Assembly: GCA_013239625.1 (NCBI GenBank)
Contig: MU054001.1
Coordinates: 6,559,078-6,623,077 of the forward strand
Direction: 5' to 3'
DNA: 64,000 nucleotides
DNA from: Lama guanicoe
Taxonomy: Eukaryota
The notes under the pieces: generated by a model
What the model saw: only the letters and a program-made list of their open reading frames with translations
Told to the model about the DNA's origin: nothing
The model's database searches: none
Part shown: positions 52,636-64,000 of the stretch, one piece after another
Position numbering within the stretch: position 1 is the stretch's first letter
Layout: each line of letters starts with the position of its first letter
Program-made: the position numbers and the translations under genes

Positions 52636-54194
52636 TTATTTAAATTGGTCCTTTCCCGGAGAGGACAATCAGGAGTCCTTCCTTACCACCGCTTTGTGTG
52701 GTAACCTCTTTCAGTGAAACAATAGTGGGTTATAAAACTTAGATATACTTTATCTTCAAAGATGAGTGACTTTGCAACCCTTCCACCTAACTTACAGAGA
52801 ACTAAAGAAGACATGAGCTTAAATAAGGGTTAGGAATAGTAAGAATACATCAAAAAGAAATTTATAAGGACAAATCTATAAAATAAGTATGAGGAAGTAA
52901 AAAAGACACAAGAATAGAAATTACTGAGAGAGTGATTGGAAATTGACAATGAAAAGTTCAAGAGCATGAGAGTCATTTGTAGTGTGTATGTTGTCTGAGG
53001 GTCAGGGCTATGCATGTAGACAGTAAACTCCACAGTGACAGTGATTTGCTCTGTGAATATTTTTTATTATTATTTTTAAAATATTTATTGAACATATAAA
53101 TACAAGCTATAATCCTAGGTACTTTAAGAAGTATGAAATATGTTCATTATCCTCAAAAAGTCTACAGTTTATTTGGAGAGAAAAAAATAAGATGATAAGC
53201 CACTACTGAAAGACTCTTCAGAAGACTAATAACTTTCTGGAAGATGACTGACTTCACTATTCAGAGGCCCCTTCTATGAGACATAGGTGTCTAGAGTGGA
53301 GTCTTAAGAAAGAGCTAGGATTCCATGTCATTACTTAAAAGACTTCCTAGAAATTTGATATCATTCACCTTATTCACCTGTAACTGAGAATGATACTTTG
53401 CCGGGTGCTGTGAATGTACAAAAATACTGACATGGCTACTTTATATTTCAGGATCTAGACATATATTTCTTAAAATATCTTCTTAAATAGTAATTACAAA
53501 GCAGTAAGTGTCAAATTAGTGGCAACAAATGTACTGTAGGAGTTCAAAGAAGGAAGAGACCATTGTGGACTGAAAGGAAGTCTTCATCTGAAGAAATGCT
53601 GTACAAATGGATCAGAAGTGAACAAGAAGTAATGTAGATATAGCATAAGCAAAGTCAAAACATGAGAAATGTAACTTTATTAGAAGCAACACAAAAAAGA
53701 AATAATTTGACAATCAAGAAAATCTTGTTCACTTTTTTAAAATCTGTTGTACACATAAAAGCTATAATATCTTTGAATATTTTCTTTTTACTTTCGTAAG
53801 TGCATTAAGGGAAAACTCTAGTATCCTAGACAGATGTTCCCACTGGTTTCATCTAGTTGTTCTAGTGTTTTTGTAACTTGGCAAATGGCCTAGAATTTAG
53901 TATAGTCATTGGTCTTTACACAAAATATTTGTTATTTTAAAATTTAATTCAGTGAGCAATTTACTGATCATTATAATACATTTTACTTAATTATGTATAT
54001 TTATAAAAGTAGTAATTCCTAATATGAATACTACCTAATTTATTTCAAAATTACTTATTTTTTTAAAAACCAGTAAACAATGTAAAATAAGCCTGGTTGC
54101 CCATTTCTTGAACTATATTTTAAAATAAAGACAGAGAAATAAAAAACTGATGAATGAACAAATGAGTGAAAAATCCCCTTAACAAGTACAGTGT

Positions 54195-55690
54195 TGGGGA
54201 CTTCTGGTTTCTAGTCCAACATGTAAATGACTTGGAAGTCATACTCCCATTCTCACCTCCATCACTAATGGGGAAGAAAAAAAAAGGTAGCAGGGCAGGG
54301 ATATAGCTCAAGTGGTAGAACACATGCTTTCATGCACAAGTTCCTGGGTTCAGTCCCCAGTAACTCCTCTAAAAATAAATAAATAAATAAACCTCATTTC
54401 CCACCCCCACAAAAAAAAAAGATAAACAAAATAAAAATCAACAACTCTTCTTAGATCCATCAGAGAATTGAAGACACAGGGCCAACCACTGTCCCCAAAA
54501 CTGGAAAGACAGGCAAATGCATAAAATGGCAGCTTACCCGAGCAGAAGCCACAGCTCAGGGCAGCCACTGGCAGGAACACTTAAAGGCTAAAGGAACATT
54601 TAAAGACTAATTGCTGGACACTCAGGTTGAGACTAGTTTAAGCGATTCAAAACTCCTGGAGGCCCAACCTTCTGGGACCCCACACTTTCATGATTTTTAA
54701 CTCTGAGCCACATGAGGTTCACAGGGTCAAGATCTTAGAAAAAACCCCATGTGCTTCTATCAGGAGGAGGGGGAAAAATAAACATTTTCAAATACTCCTG
54801 TAGCTACTGTTCTGCTTAACAAAGACCTGCCCTCAAGGGAAATTATTTTATCAAAACCTAACCATCTTTGTTTTCACCAGAGCCATAACTGGCTTGAAGG
54901 AAATGAAATACCCAGCTCTAGCCACCCTGGTCTTTCCTGTCTCACCTGTGAGGATGGATGTGCATGGAGGAGAAAGAACCTGAGATGCACTTAGGAAGGT
55001 CACAGCCCAGGGTCATAGGCTCACTCAAAACCTGCGACCTTATCTTAGGACTAGAGAACATTTACCCTGCCCCCACATCTTACCACCACATCCATCAGCC
55101 TCCTACATGACAACAGGGGATTACAGCTGAGTGAGGTTCAACCCCTACTTAAAGAGGAGTCTCTAAGGAAACCCAAAGATAACAGAAGAGACAAAAACAA
55201 GGGCGCTAGGGGAAATTTTAGCCTTTGGCACCTACCGCTACAGCTACCAGTAAATGCAGAGTAACTCATAGCCAGGTGAACATAAACATAAAACCTCACA
55301 CTAGAGGCCTGTTTACCTTAGTCCTTTTTACATGATACATCATGTCCAGCTTTCAACAAAAAATTACAAGGCATGATAAAAGACAAAAATAAAAAAAAAA
55401 CAACCAAACAAAAAAACACAGTTGGAATAGACAAAATGAACATCAGAACCAGACTTAGTTATGACAGAGATTTTGGAATTAGAAGACTAGGGGTTTAAGA
55501 TAACTATACTTAATACCTTAAGGGCTCAACTGGGGAAAGAAAAAATGCTAGAGATCAAAACACTAACAAAAATGAAGAATGCTTGTGGTTGGCTCAGAAG
55601 CAGCTTGGACATGGCTGAGGAAAGAATCAATGAGCTTGAAGATGTCAATAGGAACTTCCCAAACTAAAAAGCAAAGAGAAGAAGGAATAA
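54195..55690 (+). mobile_element. Ancient L1M 5'UTR plus ORF1 start
   Basis: gggacttctggtttc...aatcaacaactcttcttagatccatcagagaattga...; ORF1 remnant ttggacatggctgaggaaagaatcaatgagcttgaagat. Confidence 0.82.
54293..54420 (+). mobile_element. tRNA-derived camelid-type SINE, long form, nested in an old L1 5' end
   Basis: gggatatagctcaagtggtagaacacatgc...cctgggttcagtccccagt...(AAAT)n...cctcatttcccacccccac followed by poly-A. Confidence 0.88.
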
Positions 55691-55719
55691 AGAATGTAAT
55701 TTACCTTAACGAACATTGA

Positions 55720-56085
55720 GGTGCACATTGCTACACTAAAGACCCCAGTGACTCATAATATAGTCTCCTTCCACATTCACTCTGCTTAACTAGGGGGACA
55801 TCAGCAAACATGACACAAGTAGAGCCTTGATAATAAGCTCTTAGACTTTAAGACTTATCCTCTTGGGATGCTGCTCTGAGACCTGCATGCGAAGAAGCCC
55901 AATCTAAAGACTGTAAGGAGAGATGCCCACTCAGCCATCCACCTGCCCCACCAGCTGAACACAGCCATGTGAGTGAGCCCAGCCAACCCACAGAATCATG
56001 AGAAATAAAATGGTTACAGTTGTACGCGTTGTAAAACTGTTACACAACAGTCAATAATTGGTAAAAAGAATGTATTCTGCTTTGC
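55720..56085 (+). mobile_element. MLT1 (F/G/H-like) LTR relic
   Basis: agcaaacatgacacaagtagag ... ccagccaacccacagaatcatgagaaataaaatggtt ... gttacacaacagtcaataa. Confidence 0.65.
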
Positions 56086-57014
56086 CTGAAGAGCCATACA
56101 TGAAAGAAGTTACAGAGATGGAACTGTCAACATTATTTAAAAGGTGTGCTTGGGAAGTGCAGGCTTGAGTAGGCAGGAAAGGGAAGGAAGTGTAGAGAAA
56201 GAGGGGGAGAACTTAAGAGTTTAAGAGAATGTACTTACTGACGGTCATCACAACTTTAATCACATCCTCTAGAAAAATGGTACATATGAAATAAGTGACT
56301 TCAGTAAAGGAAAAATTATAAGGTATTTTTGTGTTTTGTGTCTATTGATAGCCAAGTAATTGCGTCTAGTTTCCTCCAAGTTGACTAACATGTGACAGCT
56401 ACCTAGTCTAATAAACGTTTATTTTTAAATCACATGTCTCATTAAAACTAACCTACTTGCAATTTGGAACTAAAAAAAATTGCCTCTCACCTTCCATTTG
56501 TAAAGTAGCTGTGCATCTTTTATCCCTTTTTCAGAAATAGGCAGTTTTACTCCCTGGTGCTTTTTGTTGCCACTAGAAAACACAGCTTACAGCAAAATGC
56601 CAGGGCCCACTGGTTTGCCTCTCAAAGAGGCATAGATCTCCAACATGGAAGGTAAAGTGCACTAAAGCGCAAGTCAGGCTCTCCCATTTAGGTCATTTAC
56701 ACCACACTGTCCACTTTGAAAACCAGAATTTATCTTTTTAATCCAGAGAGTGACAGCTGAAACATAATTGCACATAGCCTCAGAAAAGTTTACCTCCTTA
56801 ATGCAGCTCTGTAAAAGAACACTGACCAATTAAATTAGACCTCCACAGGCCATAACACCCAGTGCAGTCTGGCTTTATGAGAGCTGTGGATTTCTTTTTT
56901 TGTTTCCCTTTGCGTTGTTTTTTTTACATGAATTGGCAATGGCTTTTATCATTCCCTCATTAGATGCTTATGTGCATTAAGCTGTACAAAAGCAGTTACC
57001 AAAATCAAACTACT

Positions 57015-57600
57015 CAGTTTCTAAAAAAGTTAAACATAGAGTTACCATATGAACCATTAATTTCACTCCTAGGCATATTCCCAAGAGAATTGAAAATCTG
57101 GGTCACACAAAAACTTGCACATGAATGTTCATATCATAATACTCATATTCATAATAGCCAAAAAGTATAAACAGACCAGCTATCCATCAACTAATAAGTG
57201 AATAAATAAAAGATGGCATATCAGTACAATGGACTATTATCCCATAAAAACATGAAACTTGCTATAACATGGATGAGCCTTGTAAAACATTAAGTGAAAG
57301 AAACCAGATACAAAGGCTGCACATTATATGATTCCATTTATATAAAATGTGTAGAAAAGGCAAATCCATAGAGATAGAAAAGATGGTGGGGGCAGTTACT
57401 AGGAACTAGGGGGAGAAAGAAAGGGAAAGTGACTGCTAATGAACACAGGATTCCTCTTGCAAGTGAGGGAAATGTTCTAGAATTAGTGGTGACAGTTACA
57501 CAGCCTTGTATACTAAAGACCTCTGAATTGTACACACCAAGTGCTGGACTTTCTGGCATGTGAATTATATATAAATTTAACAAAAGAAAAGAAAAAGAAA
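57015..57600 (+). mobile_element. L1MB-like 3' end
   Basis: aaaaagttaaacatagagttaccatatga ... ggcatgtgaattatat followed by an A-rich tail. Confidence 0.82.
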
Positions 57601-60600
57601 ACTACTCACATTCTAACTTGATAACTGGGAAGCAGGCTGACAGATAAAGCTTGAACCAGGGTTCCAAGCTTCTTGATTTATTCCAAAAGAGAAATCAGAA
57701 AGACTTCCATGAAAAATTGGTGTTACATTGTTTTTTCAGGAACTAATATCAAGTTGAATTCGACTTAAGAAATAAACAAAGTATGAGGAATGATTACATA
57801 ATCAAAATAACAACTAACAAAATAATAACTAACATTTGTAAAGTGCTTTGCAGTTTTTAAAGGACTTTTACATACATTAAAAGTTAAGTACTATTATTGT
57901 AATTGCCTCACCAAACCCATTTAGTAGATGCTATTATAGCTCTAATTTTATAGATGAGGAAGCATTAAAGTTACATTTTTCTGTCATTGTATCTTTAAGC
58001 ATCTCCAGGTCGAGACTTGTCTCTTTCATCTCTGTGTAAAAGGCATACAGTGTGCATTCAACAAATGTTTAGGTGAATGAATAAACAAATAAATTACAAC
58101 GTAGGGAGGGCAAGGGACTTTCTAAAGGTCAAAGCATTGTCAAATACTGTCTCTGACATTCATATCCTGTGTGCGTTCCATAATACCACATCACAACTCC
58201 TGTGTTAAGGAACATATTTGTTCAAGTGCCAATCTTTAAACCGATGTCATGTTATTATTCAAAGCCCAAATGGAGGTCTTCAGCAGCAGTCATTGATATG
58301 GCTAATTTTTAGACCACGAGGAAAACTAAAGTTAAACAACTCTACAAACTGTACTTTGTTATTTACTATCAAACCTTCCGGTTAGTACAGCAGACATTTA
58401 CCAAGGGCCTGGTATTTGTCAGCCACCATACAAGGCCCCAGGAATAGGGCATGGAAATGAAACGATTAAGTCCCCAGATTGGAAGCGCCTAAGCACCTCC
58501 TCTTGTGGAGCTATTTTCAGTCTAGTCGGAGGTTCTTCCATATGTTTCATCACTTTATCCTTGACAATTAGCTAAAAGTTGAGTTCAGATATAATTAAAA
58601 ATACGCCAAAGGATTAGTAGTCAAATGTCAGTGGATTCCTTTACTTTCCATTATAAGCCACCCATTGACTACCAGGAAAGAACTTTTAAGACGTTTTCCA
58701 TAAATTGCTACAGTCCTAACTTCTGAAATCCAGGAATTTTGCATTTAGGCATGTAGCTTCACAAATTCCTCATGCACTCTTCTCTTACTATAATGTAAGA
58801 TCTTTCTTCTGGATCCACATTCTAGAGTACCTAGTAACACCACATACTTTTAAAAGGTATTAATCACTTTCTCTATACAGATTATGCCTTTCTATGAAGA
58901 CAGCCTCTTTCTTGTTAGCGGATTACAAAGTAGGACTATTAAAAATCCGGAGTATTTATGTAGTGACATTAAATTAACACATGTCTTAGATTTGTCATTT
59001 GATCACAGATTGATTAAAGTGCTCCTCCAGTCAACAGGGTGCCTGATATATAGCCAGTGCTTAATATCTGTAAAATAAACAAACTAATTAGCATAGACAT
59101 AGTAAGTGATTAGTGAGAATCCACTTAACTGGAAACTGGATTTTATCAAAGTCCAAATAAAATGATGTGCCTTGGTCATATAAGCCAGTAGAAAATTTTA
59201 CCTTCAAGCAGAGAACAACTGCTTCATTTCTTTTTTCTACATGGGTTGCCGTCTATTTAATTAAAATCAGTAAATTTGAAACAAAAATAAGTTATGGTTT
59301 AGTGTTTTAAATGTCAACTTACTACAGACTGAAAATATCCAAATTTTGAAATTAAATACCAGTTTGTTTATTGTTCCCAGTCAAAATTTATTTTGGCTTC
59401 TCCTTACCTTCCAAATTTGTTTTGTTTTCTTTTTTTTCCCCACTTCTGAATTCTGGTGTCACATTACAATATGATATTGAAAAGCGCAGGTGAGTTTACA
59501 GTAAGTAGCCTTTTCACAATTACTGTGTTCTATACATAGGAATTAGCTGTCTCTTCCTATAACTGGCTAAACACTTAAGCATTAAATTTAAATGTTGAAA
59601 ATCATCACCGTTCTAATAATTTTATCATTTGCTTTCTTTGGCTGCCATTCTATCTTAATTGATAATTTATTGTTAAAAGAGTGGTCACTAGTATATTACT
59701 GGAAATTATCCTACTATAACAGTTATGATATTCTATATTATCCAGAATGTTCAGGGCTTTGGAGTCTCAGATCAAGTCAGATATTTTAGTAAGAAGCCAC
59801 AAAGGTCACTTTCAATTTTTTTAATTGATTTCCACAGCATTAGAATACATTTATATAGCATCTGACATACAGATTCTTTTCTATAAAGTTTGCGTGTAAG
59901 TTGTTTGAAACTTGGAACACCTATCTTTAAAGAATTTTAATCGTGTGAGAAAACACTCATGAAATGATATTGCGTAAAAGTCAGTAATACTAAAATATGC
60001 TCATGTGTTTATTTGTGCATGCACATGCCTAAGGGGATTACATGATTAAAAGTATGCTAAAATACAATAATTAGGTCTTCATTTTGAGGTTTTTGGATAA
60101 TTTATTTTCATTATTCTTTTTAATCATTTTAAGGCTTCTTATGAAACATACAGTTTAAATATGGAATTTATGTTCTGTGATCTTCTTAACAGTACTATTA
60201 GTAAGTGTTTTTATTTTGGTTCTTTTCAGTAAGGTAATTACAGGAAAATGGTTTATAAGTCTAGTTTGATGTCTGTTAAGTCAGTCTTTGTTAATAGTAT
60301 AGTGAAATGTGTATATATTTAACTTTTACTTCAACTATCTAATAATAAGTTTTATGCTAATAAAAATAGCTAACATGTATTGAGTATTTACTGTATGTGG
60401 GTCACTCTATTAAGCATTATCATTCCATCAGTATAACTCTACAAGGCAAATTAATTCTGTAACCCATGCAGTTAACTCTGTTGCTTTACAATCTTATATA
60501 TGTTGTTTAACCTTATTAAGAATGCCTGTCCCTAAATTCACTGTTCCTTTTCATCATACTTTTCTCTTTCTAACATAAGAACTACATAAAAAAATCAGGT

Positions 60601-60769
60601 ATATATACTTTCCAATGATTTCATATTTCTGGGTAACTAATGGATGTTTAGCAGAGAGCCGCTGATATTAACATATTTAGGTATTAACTAACCTTCTCAT
60701 TGAAATGTTTAGTTTAATTATGTAGCAAATATCTATCAAATAAATAACACTCTTTAAAAGTAAACCATA

Positions 60770-63700
60770 GCAGGGAGAGATTGACGTTTGGAATGCCATG
60801 GGAGGACTTCATGAATTTTCTCTCCCCATCCCTCCCCCAAAAAAGAAAAAGATAGTAGCCAAACAACTAATATTAACTATTTCAGAACTTTGGAAATTAA
60901 CTAAAGCCACAGAGTGTTCTGAGCATTGTCCATGCAAGAGGAACTACTAATCCCTAAGACAGGAGGGTCTGTGGCATTTTGACTTGGCACTATTCCCATC
61001 CTACCTCCCCTCTCTACTGAGTGGTGCAGCAACCATGAATAGCCAGTAGTCTCACAGTCAGGGGAGAGGACTGACCTTTGGAGCCCCATTAAAATTCCCA
61101 CCCCTCTAGCACTGTCAGTATTTGTCTAAAGTAGCAACTCCCTGGAAAATCTCCATTCTGGAGATGTTGGGGCTACTTGACTTGACTCAGCAGCCCAGCG
61201 GAGGGAGGGAAGAAAGCCCTACTCCCCAGGGCATTACCAAGAACAACAACTGTCCGCTGATAAAATCCCACGTGTAGTGAACAAGAGCCTGGCCAAAACA
61301 TAAAAGAAAGTTCTGAGGCACTAGACAACCATAGGCAACTCTGGAAGGCTACAACATAGTCTTGGAGATCTGGAAGCCTGAACACACCTAGAGAGGAACC
61401 TGCCTCTCAGCTACTTATCTTGAATGTACGACTTTGAGTCCCTGCTTGAGCAAGAAATGAAAGCTAAGGTTCTCTTGTAAACTGCCTAAAGTTTGAAGGC
61501 ATATCTTCATACACAAATCCCACTGACAAAATGTGGAAGACATACAGACAAGATACTTAAGGAACTCTTATGGCCAATCACTGTCTGACCACTAAGTTAT
61601 ACTGACCCAGGTATGCCTCTAGGAAGTCAGACTTAGAACAAGAACTTTAAAAATAAGAAAATGAAAGAACATTGTGGCGGGTACTATAGGGAATACAGAA
61701 TCCATAGAATTCATTCAGGAAAGTCACGAAACAAATGAGCAACAACAACAACAAAAAATAAAAATACCAAAAAACCCTTGAAGTGAGATACCATAGTTGT
61801 CATATTATCTAGGAAGTCCACTTTCCAACAAAAAATTATAAGACATGCAAAAAAACACGAAGTATGCCACATACACATTTAAAAAAAAAAAAGCAAACAA
61901 CAGAAAATGTGCCCAGAGATGTTGTACTTAGTTGACAGACCTATAAATTCAGCTATTATAAACATGTTCAAAGACCTAAAGGAAACTAGGAATAAAAAAA
62001 CCAAAGGTAAGTATGACAACTATGTCTCAGTAAATAGAAAATATGAATAAAGAGATAAAGATCATTTTTAAAAATCAAATAAAAATTCTGGAGTTGAAAA
62101 TTTCAGTAATGAAATTAAAAGTTCTGTAGAGGACTCAACAACAGATTTGAGCTGGCAGAAGAATCAGCAGATTTGAATATAAGTCAACAGAGAGTATACA
62201 GAAATAAAAAAAAAAAAAACCACACAAATGAACCTCAGAGACCTGTGGGGCCACCATCAAGCATACCAACATGTGCATAAATGGAGTCTTAGAAGAAAAA
62301 GAAAAGGGAAGAATAAACATCTGAAGAAATAATGGCTGAAACTGTCCAAATTTGATGAAAAACATTAACCTGCACATATAAGAAGCTCAACAAACTCAAA
62401 GTTGTATAAATTTAGAGATCCGCACTGAGACACATAGTCAAACTGTCAAAAAGCAAAGGCAAAAAGAGACTCTTCCCAGCAGCAAGAGGGACATAATTTG
62501 TCACATACAAGAGAGCCCCAACAAGATTAACAGCTGACTTCTCATCAGAAATCATGGAGGCCAGAAGGGGTTGATACAGTCAAAGTGCTGAAAGGGAAAA
62601 AAAAACCTATCAATCAAGAATTCTATATCTGGCAAAGCTATCCTTCAGAGATGAAGATTTTAGACATTCCTAAACAAACAAAAATAGAATTCATCACTAA
62701 TAGACCTGCCATACAAGAAATACTAAAGAGAGCCCTTAACTGAACTGAGAGGACAACCAGACAATAACTCAAACCCACACCAATAAGTGAAAAACACCAG
62801 TAAGACTACAGATAAGTATAAATATAGTTTACATATTTTTGTTATATAGTACCTCTTATTTCTTCAGCTGATTGAAAAATATAACTGCGTAAAGTAACAA
62901 TACAAATTTGTGTTGATGGGCTGATAATACATAAAAATATAATTTGTGTAACAACAATAGCACAAAGGAGCAGGGAGGGAACATAGCTATATTAGAGCAA
63001 AGTTGTTATATACATCGGGTATTAAGTTGTTTTGTTAATATGCTAGTCACAATCCTCAGGGCAGCCACTAAGAAAATAGCTCAGAAAATAAATAACGAAA
63101 GAAACGACTAGGGAATTAAAATGGTATAATTGAAAGCAGTTAACAAAAGCAAGCAACGATGGAGGAGTAGAAGAGTTAAAAAGACATAGAAAACCAACAG
63201 CAAATAGCAAGCAAAAGTCCTACCGTATCAGTAATTACATTGAATGTAAATGGAATAAACACCCCTATCAAAAGGCAGAGATTGGTAGAGTGGAAAATAA
63301 AATACAACTCAACGAGGTGCTATCTACACGAGAAGCACTTTAGATTCAAAGATACAAATAAGTTGAAAGTTAAAAAAAAAAAACTAAATTATACCATGCA
63401 AAGAGTAACTGAAAAAGAGTTGGAGTAACCATTCTAATATCAGACAAAACGAGACACGTTTTGACAAAAATTGTTACTAGAGGCAAAGGACATTTTATGA
63501 TAATAAAAAGGTCAATCCATAAGGAAGATATAATAACTACAGAGACATACATGCCTAAAAACAGAGCCCCCAAAATACATAATTAAGAGAAATCAATAAT
63601 TCAGCAATAAATAATTGTAGACTTTATTACCCCACTTTTGATAATGTATTAAATAACTATGCAAAAGATCAATAAGAGAAAAATGACACCATAAACCAAC

Positions 63701-63810
63701 TAAACGTAGCAGACTTGTATATAACACTCCATCCAACAACAGCTTTATACTTTAAATGGGTGATGTTTATGGTATGTGAATTATATCTCAGTAAAGCTGT
63801 TTTCTTTAAA
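60770..63810 (+). mobile_element. Ancient L1M: 5'UTR, decayed ORF1, spacer and ORF2 endonuclease start, then an L1 3' terminus
   Basis: ORF 63240-63428 NVNGINTPIKRQRLVEW; ORF1 remnants (agattaacagctgacttctcatcagaa, agaattctatatctggcaaagctatccttc); 3' end tactttaaatgggtga...gtgaattatatctcagtaaagctgtt. Confidence 0.85.
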
Positions 63811-63975
63811 AAGTGAATTACTACTATTAATGAGCTGAGCATTTCGTTTTACATTTTTATCCTTAAAGATAAGTTCTAGCACCTAAGTTTTTAACATTTT
63901 ATCATTTTAATATTTGATGAAAACATTGTGTCCAAAGATGTGTTGTTCTTTTGTTTGTTTGTTTTATCAATTTAG

Positions 63976-64000
63976 CTGGACAACTCAGCCAGTCAGCACA
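63976..64000 (+). CDS. ITFG1: ITFG1 coding exon, 5' part only (cut by window edge), (A)GQLSQSAH...
   Basis: T-rich tract and tttAG ending at 63975; the phase 1 start gives A-G-Q-L-S-Q-S-A-H, the expected continuation after LKNGS. Confidence 0.9.

Noticed and set aside
1..64000. A novel multi-gene system (defence locus, CRISPR array, endogenous viral genes)
   Set aside because: All long ORFs are explained by LINE-1, and I recognised no arrays, gag/pol/env remnants or non-mammalian segments by eye.

Overview
AT-rich, repeat-dense mammalian genomic DNA, most likely camelid (alpaca/camel), judging by its tRNA-derived SINEs. The window lies inside ITFG1 (TIP/LINKIN) on the + strand. Four complete coding exons (151, 109, 44 and 79 nt) and the start of a fifth splice in frame through canonical GT-AG introns of about 1.5, 14.1, 17.8 and 22.7 kb. 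The introns are mostly transposon relics (L1, L2, MIR, MaLR/ERVL LTRs, Tigger and hAT MITEs, SINEs) plus a U6 retrocopy. The most notable object is a sense-oriented LINE-1 at 33737-39457. It has intact ORF1 and ORF2, a truncated 5'UTR, a 397-nt inter-ORF spacer carrying a bridging ORF and an acceptor-like site, and an in-frame ORF2 deletion. Other notable details are a TSD-flanked L1 stub with a compound tail just upstream of an ITFG1 splice acceptor, a templated hairpin insertion in a Tigger1 relic, and a perfect 138-bp tandem duplication. I see no convincing evidence of a wholly new biological system; the findings are testable structural oddities. Repeat subfamily names and comparisons with human sequences are from memory, and the boundaries of old repeats are approximate.
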